64,000 bases of DNA from NCBI GenBank assembly GCA_031411295.1, contig JANOAV010000040.1:28705-92704 (forward strand), in the 5' to 3' direction. The stretch comes from Verrucomicrobiales bacterium. GTDB lineage: Bacteria; Verrucomicrobiota; Verrucomicrobiia; Verrucomicrobiales; V1-33. The position numbers were made by a program, and so were the translations under genes. Numbering within the stretch: the stretch's first letter is position 1; each line of letters opens with the position of its first letter. Below, piece after piece: positions 40,092-50,820 of the stretch. The notes below the pieces were generated by a model. The model did not search any database. It was not told the DNA's origin and worked only from the letters and a program-made list of their open reading frames with translations.

Positions 40092-40424
40092 ATGAAAACC
40101 ATCCAAGTCTATGACCCCGCCATGTGCTGCTCCACCGGAATCTGCGGAACTAGCATTGATCCTGACCTCGCCAACTTTGCAGGCATGTTGAATCTACTGC
40201 GGGCCGAAGGGGTCAAGGTGGAGCGTTATAATCTGGGCCAACAGGCCATGGCGTTTGCGCAAAACCCGGCTGTGAAGCAATTGCTGGAAAAGGAGGGAAC
40301 CGAGGCCTTGCCGGTGGTGTTTTTGGATGGCGAGGTTCATTTTAAAGGTCGTTATCCCTCGAAGGAGGAACGTCCTGGTTTCGTGCGTGCGGCCTTGGGT
40401 AAGGACGAGGAGGTTGCCTCATGA
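40092..40424 (+). CDS. arsD: Arsenite metallochaperone ArsD
   Basis: YDPAMCCSTGICG, RYNL, GRYP. Confidence 0.95.
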   Translation: MKTIQVYDPAMCCSTGICGTSIDPDLANFAGMLNLLRAEGVKVERYNLGQQAMAFAQNPAVKQLLEKEGTEALPVVFLDGEVHFKGRYPSKEERPGFVRAALGKDEEVAS

Positions 40425-42211
40425 AATTGCCGCTCTACCAACCATCTGCCGAGACGAGCACACGTTTTCTTTTTTTTACCGGCAAAGGCGGTGTTGGTAA
40501 GACTTCTCTTTCCTGCGCCACAGCCCTGAAGCTGGTGGAAGCGGGAAAGCGAGTTCTGCTCGTCAGCACGGATCCGGCTTCTAATTTGGATGAGGTTTTG
40601 GCCACCACCCTGACAAATGAGCCATCGTCCATTCCCGGTGCTCCCGGCCTCGACGCCATGAACATCAATCCCGTGGAAGCCGCCGCCGCGTATCGCGAAC
40701 GATTGATCGGGCCGATGCGGGGATTGTTACCGGAAGCTGCGCTGCGGAGCATGGAAGAACAATTATCCGGCTCCTGCACGGTGGAAATTGCGGCTTTCGA
40801 TGAGTTTTCCGGCCTGATTGGAAATCCCGATGCAGCCAAGCATTACGACCACGTGATCTTTGATACGGCCCCCACTGGTCATACCCTGCGCCTCATGAGC
40901 CTAGCCAAGGCGTGGGATCAGTTCTTGGATAGCAATACCAGTGGCACTTCCTGCCTGGGCCCTCTGGCTGGCATGGAGAAGCAACGCAGCATTTATGAAG
41001 CCACAGTCAATACCCTGGCGGATGCTATGGCCACCACCCTCGTGCTGGTAAGCCGCCCTCAAGGCGCGGCCCTGCGCGAGGCCGAACGCACGTCCAAAGA
41101 ACTCCGTGCCATCGGCGTGGGGAACCAGTGTCTGGTCATCAACGGCACCTTTGCAACCAACTGTCCGGAGGATCCAACCGCGCAAGCCATGCAACAACGT
41201 GGACGCAACGCCTTGGATACCGCCAGCGATTTCATTGCCAGCATGCCCAGTTTCATTGTGCCATTGCGGCCCATCAACATTCTTGGACTGGACGGTTTAC
41301 GCTTGCTGCTAAGCGATGTCCCTCAGAACGAGGCAGTTCCATCCGAGCCCAAGCCCTGGACCCCGCCGGCCATGGAACGTCTGACGGATCTCGTTGCAGC
41401 CATGGAGCAGCAGGGCCATGGGGTGATCATGACGATGGGTAAAGGTGGCGTCGGCAAAACGACCGTGGCCGCTGCGATTGCAGTCATGCTGGCCCAACGC
41501 GGCCATGCGGTGCATCTCAGCACTACTGATCCCGCTGCTCACGTGGCCCAAACCCTGCACGGCCAAGTGGAGGGACTTACGCTGAGCAAGATCGACCCTG
41601 CTGCCGAGACCGCCGCTTATCAACGCGAGGTGATGCAAGCCCAAGCCTCCGCCATGGACGAAGCGGGCCGCGCGCTGCTAGAGGAGGATCTCAGATCTCC
41701 TTGCACCGAAGAGATTGCCGTCTTTCGCGCCTTCGCCCGTGAGGTTGGCAAAGGCACGGATCGTTTCGTGGTGTTGGATACGGCTCCCACGGGGCATACG
41801 TTATTGTTGCTGGATGCCAGCGAAGCCTATCAACGGGAATTGGAACGCCAAGCCCGCAGCACGCAACCTGAGGAAGTGCTGCGGTTACTCGAACGATTGC
41901 GCGATCCCGCCTTCACTCACATTCTGCTAGTCACCCTACCTGAAGCCACGCCCGTGCACGAGGCGGCGGCCTTGCAAGCAGACCTGCGTCGAGCGCGGAT
42001 TGAACCATTCGCCTGGGTGGTCAATCAAAGCCTGCTCCAGAGCGGTTCCTGCGATCCGCTGTTACAACAACGCGAACTTTCCGAGCATCGTTACCTCACG
42101 GAAGTCGTGACCCAGCAGGCGAAGCGCACCGCTTGGCTGCCATGGCAAGCGGAGGAACCAACGGGCCCGCTGGCGTTAGCCCATTTGGCCTCATCCCGAT
42201 TGGCAGGGTGA
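40421..42211 (+). CDS. arsA: Arsenical pump-driving ATPase ArsA
   Basis: Two GKGGVGKT and two DTAPTGHT; metalloid Cys in GSCTVE, SCLGP, RSPCTEE. Confidence 0.97.
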   Translation: MKLPLYQPSAETSTRFLFFTGKGGVGKTSLSCATALKLVEAGKRVLLVSTDPASNLDEVLATTLTNEPSSIPGAPGLDAMNINPVEAAAAYRERLIGPMRGLLPEAALRSMEEQLSGSCTVEIAAFDEFSGLIGNPDAAKHYDHVIFDTAPTGHTLRLMSLAKAWDQFLDSNTSGTSCLGPLAGMEKQRSIYEATVNTLADAMATTLVLVSRPQGAALREAERTSKELRAIGVGNQCLVINGTFATNCPEDPTAQAMQQRGRNALDTASDFIASMPSFIVPLRPINILGLDGLRLLLSDVPQNEAVPSEPKPWTPPAMERLTDLVAAMEQQGHGVIMTMGKGGVGKTTVAAAIAVMLAQRGHAVHLSTTDPAAHVAQTLHGQVEGLTLSKIDPAAETAAYQREVMQAQASAMDEAGRALLEEDLRSPCTEEIAVFRAFAREVGKGTDRFVVLDTAPTGHTLLLLDASEAYQRELERQARSTQPEEVLRLLERLRDPAFTHILLVTLPEATPVHEAAALQADLRRARIEPFAWVVNQSLLQSGSCDPLLQQRELSEHRYLTEVVTQQAKRTAWLPWQAEEPTGPLALAHLASSRLAG

Positions 42212-42654
42212 TTAATTAAGTGCCAGCATCTGCTTCGACGTAACTCCACTTCGTATTCTCGGAGTTGGGGCCGGGCTTCAACTGGTCAAATCGGAGGCGA
42301 CGATTAAATGCCTGTCCTCCCGACTCAATAGCCTGGTCTCCTCATTTTAAGTTAATAAGTTCGCCCACTTTGTCACAAAAACGTCACAATTGAAGTATAG
42401 CGATTTATCGATCCATAGCGTTAAGTTGCTTTGCATCCTTCTAGGGGAGGGATGCAACAGATACGCGCAAAAGTGAGAGGTTTGAGGAAACCGCTCATTT
42501 TGGGGAGGGGGCGAGACCGCAAGGTTTCGCCCTCACTTTTTGCCCACGCGTCCCGCAGTCTCTGTCTGCCACGGCCCAAACCGCGTTCACCCTACCGCGT
42601 TCAAGTTGATGGCAAAACTTTCCTTTTTGATAAATTAGCTTTTGTTGATCCATA

Positions 42655-45468
42655 ATGCCAAGCCCCCTTTCCTTCCCCATGAGCATCCGACCAGTATCCA
42701 CTTTGCTCCTCCTGGCCTTTCCGCTTTCTTTAATCGCGAGCCCGGCCGAGGACTATTTTACCCAAAGCGTCCAGCCCATTCTCGAAGCGAGCTGCGTGGG
42801 ATGTCATAATCCAGAGAAGTCCAAAGGTAAACTGGCGCTGCACACCCTCGAAGCCGCCACCAAGGGAGGCGAGGGCGGGGCCAGTCTCGTAGCCGGCAAG
42901 CCTGACGAAAGCCCCCTGCTGAAACGAACCATGCTGCCAAAGGAGCATGAGGACGTCATGCCGCCCGAGGGCAAAGGCGCACTCCTGACCACTGCCCAGA
43001 CCGATGTGCTCAAAAAGTGGATCACCGACGGTGCGGCCTGGCCGGCAGGAGTGATCCTCAAGGCCAAAGAAAAGGCTGCCAAACCTGCCAAAGAAATCAC
43101 CACCGCCGCTCGTTCGCTCGCGGTTTACCCAGACGCGATCGTGCTGGAAACGAAACGTGATTTCCACAAACTCATAGCCGTGGCCACCTTTGAGGACGAC
43201 GTCACGGACGAGGTCACCGCCCGCGCCAAAATCACCATTGCAGATCCCAGCATCGCCAAGTTGGACGGAGCCAAGCTAACGCCGCTCAAGGACGGACAGA
43301 CCACGGTTACGGTCGAATGGAATCAGAAGAAAGTGGACGTTCCGGTGACCGTCAAGGGAGCGGCTACCGACCGTCCGGTAAGTTTCAACCTCGACGTGAT
43401 GCCGGTCTTCATGCGGTCCAATTGCAACACTGGTTCCTGCCATGGCTCGGCCCGCGGGCAGGATGGCTTCCGCCTCTCGCTCTTTGGCTTTGATCCGAAG
43501 GGAGATCACTACCGCCTAACCGAGGAAATGAGCGGTCGGCGCATTAATTTTGCGGTGCCGGAAGAAAGCCTTCTGGTCACCAAGTCAATCAACGAAGTGC
43601 CCCACACCGGCGGCAAAAAAATGGAAAAAGGGAGCGCCAATTGCAATACCTTGGTGGAGTGGGTCGCCACCGGAGCCGCCTATGATCCGCCAACGGTCGC
43701 CAAGCCCGTCAAAGTGGAGATCTTTCCCCGCCAAGCCGTCTTGGAGGGAGAGGACGCCAAACTTCAGTTCACGGTGCGCGCTACCTACTCCGATGGGCAT
43801 GATCGCGATATCACCGAGTTGGGCGTATTCAAGGGCAACAACGACACCTCTGCCTCCATCGATCCGCAGGGCCTCGTGACTACCCACAAGCGTGGGGAAA
43901 CCTTCATCATGGCCCGTTACGAGACGTTCTCTGTGGGCAGCCAAGTCATCGTCATCCCGGGCAAGCTCGACTATAAAAAGCCGGAAGTAAAAGCCAACAA
44001 CTACATCGACGAACTGGTCCTCGCCAAGCTTCATAAGCTGCGCATCCAACCCAGTGACATTTGCGATGATGCGACCTTCATCCGCCGCGCTTACATTGAT
44101 ATCGTGGGCCTCGTGCCACCAGAGGCCGCGCTCACTGCCTTCCTCGCAGATGCAGCCGCCGATAAACGCAACAAACTCGTCGATGAGCTGATCAATCGCA
44201 AAGAGTTCACTGAAATGTGGGTGATGAAATGGGCCGAACTGCTCCAAATCCGCACCAATGGAACCAATCAGGTTAGTTACAAGAACTCTCTGCTCTATTT
44301 CAATTGGCTGAAGGACCGCATAGCCGACAACGTGCCCATTAACAAAATCGTGCAGGAAATTCTCGGCAGCGACGGCGGCACCTTCACCAACCCCGCCACC
44401 AACTACTATCAGATAGAACGGGAGACCCTGAAGGTGGCCGAAAACGTTGCTCAAGTTTTCATGGGCATGCGACTCCAATGCGCTCAGTGCCACAATCACC
44501 CGTTTGATCGCTGGACCATGAATGACTACTATGGCTTCGCCAGTTTCTTCACCCAGATCGGCCGCAAGCAGGCCGAGGACCCGCGGGAGACCGTGGTCTT
44601 CAACTCCGGTGGGGGCGAAACCAACCACCCGGTAACCAAAGCCCCCGAAATACCGAAATTTCTGGGAGGTGAAATTCCTAAATTGGAAGGCAAAGACCGC
44701 CGCAAAGTCCTCGCAGAATGGCTCGCCAGTCCGCAGAATCCGTATTTCGCGAAGAATCTGTCCAACATCGTTTGGTCCCACTTCTTTGGGGTAGGCATCA
44801 TTGATCCGGTGGACGACGTGCGCATCTCCAATCCGGCCACCAATCCGGAATTACTGGAGGAACTGGGGAAGAAATTCACCGAATACAACTACGACTTCAA
44901 ACGCCTCGTGCGCGATATCTGCACCAGCCGGACCTACGCCATGTCCACTCACGTTAACGCCACCAACGCCGAAGACGAACGCAACTTCAGCCACAGCTAT
45001 GTGCGGCGGCAACGGGCCGAAGTGCTTATGGACACGCTCAGCCAAGTCACGGAAACTCCCAACAAATTCCAAGGCTTGCCCTTGGGTGCGCGCGCTGTGC
45101 AAATTGCGGATGGCAACGTCAGTAATTATTTCCTCAAAACCTTCGGTCGCGCTGAGCGCGCCTCCGTCTGCTCCTGTGAAGTCAAAATGGCCCCCAGCCT
45201 CAGTCAGGCGCTGCACCTCATCAATGGAGACATTACCCACGTCCGGATTGGTCAGGGTGCCGTCGTGAAGAAAATGCTCGACGAGAAAAAGACCCCGGCC
45301 GAAATCGTGACCTCCTTGTATCTCCGCTGCTTCAGCCGCAAACCATCCGATGGAGAACTGGCCCCCATCCTCGACGCCATCACCAAAGAGCCTGCCGAGA
45401 CCCAACCCATCTTGGAAGACACCTTTTGGGCACTCCTGAATTCCAAGGAATTCATGTTCAATCACTAA
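42655..45468 (+). CDS. Planctomycete-type cytochrome c / Ig-like / DUF1549-DUF1553 protein
   Basis: CVGCH, CN.GSCHG, F.RRAY.D..G, CAQCHNHPFDRW, NPYFA, LNSKEF.FNH. Confidence 0.9.
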   Translation: MPSPLSFPMSIRPVSTLLLLAFPLSLIASPAEDYFTQSVQPILEASCVGCHNPEKSKGKLALHTLEAATKGGEGGASLVAGKPDESPLLKRTMLPKEHEDVMPPEGKGALLTTAQTDVLKKWITDGAAWPAGVILKAKEKAAKPAKEITTAARSLAVYPDAIVLETKRDFHKLIAVATFEDDVTDEVTARAKITIADPSIAKLDGAKLTPLKDGQTTVTVEWNQKKVDVPVTVKGAATDRPVSFNLDVMPVFMRSNCNTGSCHGSARGQDGFRLSLFGFDPKGDHYRLTEEMSGRRINFAVPEESLLVTKSINEVPHTGGKKMEKGSANCNTLVEWVATGAAYDPPTVAKPVKVEIFPRQAVLEGEDAKLQFTVRATYSDGHDRDITELGVFKGNNDTSASIDPQGLVTTHKRGETFIMARYETFSVGSQVIVIPGKLDYKKPEVKANNYIDELVLAKLHKLRIQPSDICDDATFIRRAYIDIVGLVPPEAALTAFLADAAADKRNKLVDELINRKEFTEMWVMKWAELLQIRTNGTNQVSYKNSLLYFNWLKDRIADNVPINKIVQEILGSDGGTFTNPATNYYQIERETLKVAENVAQVFMGMRLQCAQCHNHPFDRWTMNDYYGFASFFTQIGRKQAEDPRETVVFNSGGGETNHPVTKAPEIPKFLGGEIPKLEGKDRRKVLAEWLASPQNPYFAKNLSNIVWSHFFGVGIIDPVDDVRISNPATNPELLEELGKKFTEYNYDFKRLVRDICTSRTYAMSTHVNATNAEDERNFSHSYVRRQRAEVLMDTLSQVTETPNKFQGLPLGARAVQIADGNVSNYFLKTFGRAERASVCSCEVKMAPSLSQALHLINGDITHVRIGQGAVVKKMLDEKKTPAEIVTSLYLRCFSRKPSDGELAPILDAITKEPAETQPILEDTFWALLNSKEFMFNH

Positions 45469-45616
45469 CGAGCATGATGAGGAGTTTTAGCCCATCACCA
45501 GCGGTCCTTTCATCCGAAGCTCCACAGTAACGGGCGCGGTCTGCAGCCCCGAACTACCCGTGGGCTGAAGGCAGGCAAGTCGGCCGCCGTCCCCCAACGG
45601 TAGGCGATCACAAAAG

Positions 45617-48600
45617 TCAGGATGCGGGGGGCTCAGCGGAAGGTTTTTTACCTCCCATCACCAAGAGATAAAACACCGGAGTAAAGATCAGACCTAGCAC
45701 CGTCACCCCGATCATCCCACTGAAAACAGCCACACCCATGCTGTGCCTCATTTCCGAGCCCGCACCAGTGCTGGCGACCAAGGGCCACACGCCCGCGATA
45801 AAGGCAATGGAGGTCATTAAAATGGGCCGCAGGCGCAACCGGCAAGCTTCGAGCGCAGCTTGATAGTGCGATAAGCCTTCCTCTTCATGTTTCATCTTGG
45901 CGAACTCCACGATGAGGATGGCGTTCTTGCATGCGAGTCCCATCAGCACGATGAGGCCGATCTGCGTGAAGACGTTGTTTTCGCCCTGATCGATCATCAC
46001 TCCCAGCAGCGCGAAGAGCACACAGAGCGGCACAATGAGCACGATGGCTAGTGGCAGACGCAGGCTTTCGTATTGGGCGGCCAGCACCAGGAAGACCAGC
46101 AGAATGCAGAGCGGAAAGATATACACCGCAGAGTTTCCAGCCAGGATTCGCTGATAGGTTAGTTCCGTCCACTCGTAGCCCATGCCCTTGGGAAGCGTGG
46201 CTTTCACAATTTCCTCAAGCGTAGCTTCCGCTTGGTTGGTGGTGAACCCTGGGGCTGGACCGCTGTTGATATCGGCAGACAAATAGCCGTTATAGTGCAT
46301 GGCTCGGTCGGCTCCAGCCGCTTCGCGAATTTTCATGACGGAGCCGAGCGGCACCATTTGTCCGGTGCGATTGCGGACCTTCAGTCGGAGGATGTCATCC
46401 GGTTTGCTGCGAAACTGCGCATCCGCCTGCGCGACCACTTGGAAGGTGCGGCCAAAGCGGTTAAAATCGTTGATATACAAGGAACCAAGAAACACTTGCA
46501 TCACTTGGGAGACATCCTGTTTACTGACTCCAAGGCTGGCGCACTTCTCGACATCGATATCCGCTTCGATTTGCGGCACGTTCACGTTGAAGCTGCTGTA
46601 AGTGCTGAACGGATCCAGCCCCGGAGTGGTGCGCGCTTTGTTAAGTATTTCCTCCGTAGCCGCTGCCAGCGCGGCGTAACCGAGGTTCGAACGATCCTCA
46701 ATCTGCATTTTGAATCCCCCAGTTGCCCCCAGACCATTCACTTGGGGTGGCGGAAACACCGCCGTGCGGGCCTCTTGGATAGAGGCAAATTTCATGTTCA
46801 ACGTCTGGGCCAGCGCTGCACCTGACAACTCCGGCGTCGTCCGTTCTTCGAAGGGAGCCAGCGTCGCGAAGACCACACCATAATTCGTGGCATTGGAAAA
46901 TCCAGCGATCGACAAGCCGGGAAATTGCACCGCACTCTGGACGCCCGGTGTGCTTAGCATGATATCTCCCATCTTACGCATGACCGCATCCGTCTTGTCG
47001 ATGGATGAGGCGTCCGGCAACTGAGCGAAGCCGATGAGGTATTGCTTATCCTGTGAGGGCACGAAGCCGGTAGGAGTGGCATCGAACACTTTATAGGTGT
47101 AACCCAGCAGCACAAAATACAACCCCAGCGCGATGGCGGAGCGACGCAGGATCACGGCCACGGTGCGGGAATAAAAGTTGGCCATGAACTCGAAGAAGCG
47201 ATTAAACGGCTGGAAGAACCAACCGAACATGGCGTCGATGAGCTTGGAAAACCAATCCTTAGGAGCATCATGCTTACGAAGCAAGAGAGCCGCCAGAGCG
47301 GGACTGAGGGTCAACGAGTTGAACGCACTGATGACGGTAGAGATGGCGATAGTGAGCGCGAACTGCTTATAAAACTGCCCGGTCAGGCCGGTAATGAAAG
47401 CCGTGGGGATGAAGACCGCACAGAGCACCAACGCGGTGGCGATGATCGGTCCCGTCACTTCCTTCATGGCTTGCCGAGTGGCTTCATAGGGATTCAGTCC
47501 TTTCGCAATGTTGCGCTCGACATTTTCCACCACCACAATGGCATCATCCACCACGATGCCGATGGCCAGCACGAGGCCGAACAAGGACAGCGTATTGATG
47601 GAGAACCCCAGTCCATGCAGCACGGCCAGGGTGCCGATGAGCGAAACCGGAACCGCTGCGAGCGGAATGATCGAAGCGCGCCACGTTTGCAGGAAAATCA
47701 ATACCACCAGCACCACTAGCACGATAGCTTCAAGCAACGTGTGAATCACGGCTTCGATGGATTTATTCACAAAAACGGTGGTATCATAGACGACGCTGTA
47801 TTCAAGATCCGGCGGGAAGCTCTGTTTCAACTCGTCCATCTTGGCCCGGATATCTTTGGCCAACTGAATGGCGTTGGAGCCCGGTTGCTGGAAGATCGGC
47901 AGAGCTACAGCCGATTTATTATTGAGCAAACTCCGCAGCGAGTAGGTGGACGCGCCCAACGTGACCCGGGCCACGTCCTTGAGCAAAATCGTCTCTCCAA
48001 AGGATCCCGTTTTGACGACGATGTTTTCGAATTCCTTTTCCTCAATCAGACGTCCGTTCGTATTGATCGAGTATTCATACCCGCCTGCATTCGGCAATGG
48101 TTGCTGCCCCACCGCCCCAGCTGCCACCTGAGCGTTTTGTTGCGATACCGCCCCAATGATATCACTCGGTGCCAACCCACGAGCCGCCATCTTCTCAGGA
48201 TCCAACCACAGGCGCATACAGTAGTCGCCACTCCCAAAGACCGCTACTTGGCCGACTCCAGGGACTCGGGCCAGCAGGTCTTTCACTTGCAGGGTGGCGT
48301 AGTTGCGCACGAAAATGTCATCGTAAGTGCCCTGAGGCGAGGTCAAGTGAACCACCATGGTTAAGTCAGGCGAGGACTTCAGCGTCGTGACCCCAATCCG
48401 CCGGGCTTCCTCGGGAAGCTTTGGCAGCGCCAGATTGACGCGATTCTGCACGGCCACCTGGGCCTTATCCAGATCCGTGCCTAACTTGAACGTAACCGTG
48501 ATGGTCACCATCCCGTCGGTCGTCGCTTGGGAGGAAATGTAGAGGCTGCGCTCCACCCCGTTTAAGGCTTGCTCTATGGGACTGGCCACGGTTTCCGCCA

Positions 48601-48775
48601 GTGTCTTGGGATTGGCTCCAGGATACAAGGCCGTGACGACAATGTTCGGCGGAGCCACTTCCGGATATTCGCTGACCGGCAGCAAACGCAGCGACATCAA
48701 CCCCACCAGCAAAATGATGATCGAGAGCACCCCGGCAAAAATCGGGCGGCGGATGAAGAAGAAACTGAAATTCAT
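45617..48775 (-). CDS. RND efflux permease (HAE1/AcrB family)
   Basis: FFIRRPIFA, GIVVDDAIVVVENV, KNAILIVEFA, RLRPILMTS. Confidence 0.97.
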   Translation of the reverse strand: MNFSFFFIRRPIFAGVLSIIILLVGLMSLRLLPVSEYPEVAPPNIVVTALYPGANPKTLAETVASPIEQALNGVERSLYISSQATTDGMVTITVTFKLGTDLDKAQVAVQNRVNLALPKLPEEARRIGVTTLKSSPDLTMVVHLTSPQGTYDDIFVRNYATLQVKDLLARVPGVGQVAVFGSGDYCMRLWLDPEKMAARGLAPSDIIGAVSQQNAQVAAGAVGQQPLPNAGGYEYSINTNGRLIEEKEFENIVVKTGSFGETILLKDVARVTLGASTYSLRSLLNNKSAVALPIFQQPGSNAIQLAKDIRAKMDELKQSFPPDLEYSVVYDTTVFVNKSIEAVIHTLLEAIVLVVLVVLIFLQTWRASIIPLAAVPVSLIGTLAVLHGLGFSINTLSLFGLVLAIGIVVDDAIVVVENVERNIAKGLNPYEATRQAMKEVTGPIIATALVLCAVFIPTAFITGLTGQFYKQFALTIAISTVISAFNSLTLSPALAALLLRKHDAPKDWFSKLIDAMFGWFFQPFNRFFEFMANFYSRTVAVILRRSAIALGLYFVLLGYTYKVFDATPTGFVPSQDKQYLIGFAQLPDASSIDKTDAVMRKMGDIMLSTPGVQSAVQFPGLSIAGFSNATNYGVVFATLAPFEERTTPELSGAALAQTLNMKFASIQEARTAVFPPPQVNGLGATGGFKMQIEDRSNLGYAALAAATEEILNKARTTPGLDPFSTYSSFNVNVPQIEADIDVEKCASLGVSKQDVSQVMQVFLGSLYINDFNRFGRTFQVVAQADAQFRSKPDDILRLKVRNRTGQMVPLGSVMKIREAAGADRAMHYNGYLSADINSGPAPGFTTNQAEATLEEIVKATLPKGMGYEWTELTYQRILAGNSAVYIFPLCILLVFLVLAAQYESLRLPLAIVLIVPLCVLFALLGVMIDQGENNVFTQIGLIVLMGLACKNAILIVEFAKMKHEEEGLSHYQAALEACRLRLRPILMTSIAFIAGVWPLVASTGAGSEMRHSMGVAVFSGMIGVTVLGLIFTPVFYLLVMGGKKPSAEPPAS

Positions 48776-48793
48776 GTTATTGGACGCAGTCGG

Positions 48794-49951
48794 TTACTTG
48801 GCTTGGGCCGCGCTGGGAATTTTCGCCGGGGCTGGAGCCACGGGAAATGTAGGAATGACTTTCTTGGCACCATTCACGATGACGGCATCCTCTGCCGTGA
48901 TGCCACTGCGGATGACGCGCTTGCCATTGGCGGTGCCGCCCACTTCCACCGGGCGGATTTGCGCAGTGCTCTTGGCATCGACGACATAGACGAATTTCAA
49001 ACTCTGATTGGTCTGAACAGCATCTTCCGTTAGCACAAAGGCAGTGTATTTCTCGCTGGAGGGCAACCGCAGCCTGGCATACAAGCCGGGCGTTAGGCGG
49101 TTATCAGGATTTGGAAACACCGCCCGGAGCACGATGCTACCCGTGGTGGCAGCCACCCGATTATCCAGTGACTCGACGTAGCCTTTGCGAGGATACCCGG
49201 TTTCATCCATCAATTGCATTTCGATGACGGTGCGGCCTTTCTCGTCCACGGGCAACTTCTTGGCGGCAGCCAGTTTCATGTAACGCAGGTAGGAGCCTTC
49301 ATCGAGATCGGCGTAAGCATAGACGGGATCCTGACTGACAACGGTGGTGAGCAGCGTGGTAAAGCCAGCCACCCCGCTGACATAATTTCCCACCGTCACC
49401 AATTCGCGGCTAGCCAGACCATCAATGGGGGACGTGACTTCACTGAATTCATATTCCAAGGCCGCCGACTCCTGCATCGCATGGGCGGCTCGGGCAGCAG
49501 CGGCGGCTTCGGAGGCTTTGCTCCGGCGGGTTTCTGCTTCTTCGCTGGAGATGGCTTTGGAAACGAGTAACTCGTCAGCGCGCTTGGCCTCGCGGGCAGC
49601 ATTGGCGGCAGCTAAATCCGCGCGCTCCGCAGCGGCGGTCGCTTGATCCAACACGGCTTTGCTCGGGCGACGATCAATCACGAAGAGCACATCTCCCTGC
49701 TTCACCTTCAGGCCGGGGGTGAATTTTATTTCGGCAATGTGGCCGGACGTGCGTGGCCGAATTTCCACGCTCTCTTTAGCGTCCAGCCGGCCGGTTAGTT
49801 CCTCCCAATCAAACATTTCCTGGGCCACCGGCTTTGCCACCGTAACGATGGGTGGCGGCGGCATCATGGGCAGACCACCAGCGGCACCTTGAGGCTTACA
49901 AGCAGTTAGGGCTAGGCCAACGGTAGGGAGGAGGAGGATCGGTAGCTTCAT
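48794..49951 (-). CDS. RND efflux periplasmic adaptor (MFP) lipoprotein
   Basis: LTAC lipobox, lipoyl/hairpin pattern, SPIDG, TGSI..RA.F.N..L.PG; start at MKLPILL. Confidence 0.92.
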   Translation of the reverse strand: MKLPILLLPTVGLALTACKPQGAAGGLPMMPPPPIVTVAKPVAQEMFDWEELTGRLDAKESVEIRPRTSGHIAEIKFTPGLKVKQGDVLFVIDRRPSKAVLDQATAAAERADLAAANAAREAKRADELLVSKAISSEEAETRRSKASEAAAAARAAHAMQESAALEYEFSEVTSPIDGLASRELVTVGNYVSGVAGFTTLLTTVVSQDPVYAYADLDEGSYLRYMKLAAAKKLPVDEKGRTVIEMQLMDETGYPRKGYVESLDNRVAATTGSIVLRAVFPNPDNRLTPGLYARLRLPSSEKYTAFVLTEDAVQTNQSLKFVYVVDAKSTAQIRPVEVGGTANGKRVIRSGITAEDAVIVNGAKKVIPTFPVAPAPAKIPSAAQAK

Positions 49952-50028
49952 GCGAGAAAATTTGACTGAATGGTAAAGAAAATGAATTGAGTAGGAAATC
50001 AAGTAAGTAAAGGAGGCCAGGCTGGCTT

Positions 50029-50643
50029 CTAGGCAGCCAAGGGATGATGGGAGGCAATCCGCAGGATCTGTGCCGCTCCAGCCCAAGCATCACGCAGGAT
50101 CGTGAGATCGTTCAGAATCCGGGCACGGGCTACCACGCCCTGCCAGTAAGCCATTAGGGTGGAGGCTGTAAGCACCACATCAGGCGCCTCGATCTCACCT
50201 GCGGCGTGGGCATCACGCACTGCGGACTCGACAAACTTGGTGTATTCGCCAATCCATTTTTTGATTTTGCGAGTCACTTCCGGCTCCACCAAAACGCATT
50301 CGGAGCCAATCGTAAACAACGGGCACCCAGCCACCTGCCCGAAACGGGCATGCAGCTCCACTTGCTCCTCATAACCCACACGGGCCTTGATGCGCAAGCG
50401 CTCCAGTCCGCTGTGCAACGGTGAAAACTCCTGATTGAGGCGGGCAATCCATGCCCCATGCATTTCTTCCAGGGCCTGCAGCACCAAGGCTGTTTTCGAC
50501 TCATAGAAGTAGTAAAAACTCCCCTTCTTCACTCCCGCCTTCTCACAAATGTCCTCCACCGTCGTGTTCGCAAAGGATCCCAGCCAGATCAGATCGATCA
50601 CGGCTTCCTGGAGTCTAACTTTGGCATCACTGGTGCGTCCCAT
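50029..50643 (-). CDS. TetR/AcrR family regulator
   Basis: TTVEDIC..AGV.KGSFYYFY.SK HTH; GC.. C-domain; upstream of the RND operon. Confidence 0.92.
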   Translation of the reverse strand: MGRTSDAKVRLQEAVIDLIWLGSFANTTVEDICEKAGVKKGSFYYFYESKTALVLQALEEMHGAWIARLNQEFSPLHSGLERLRIKARVGYEEQVELHARFGQVAGCPLFTIGSECVLVEPEVTRKIKKWIGEYTKFVESAVRDAHAAGEIEAPDVVLTASTLMAYWQGVVARARILNDLTILRDAWAGAAQILRIASHHPLAA

Positions 50644-50820
50644 GAGGGACCGAAGCGCAGACTAGGGATTTAGTCAAGAAATATTCAGACTATCACCGTG
50701 CAGGCAGGCACACTGACGCTGTCAGCGGTGCCCGCTCCCAGTCCACTGTTGACAGCATATCGGAGACGAGAGCGTCCGCAGGACGATGCCTTTCTGAAGT
50801 GGGCGCAGCATGGGGATTAT

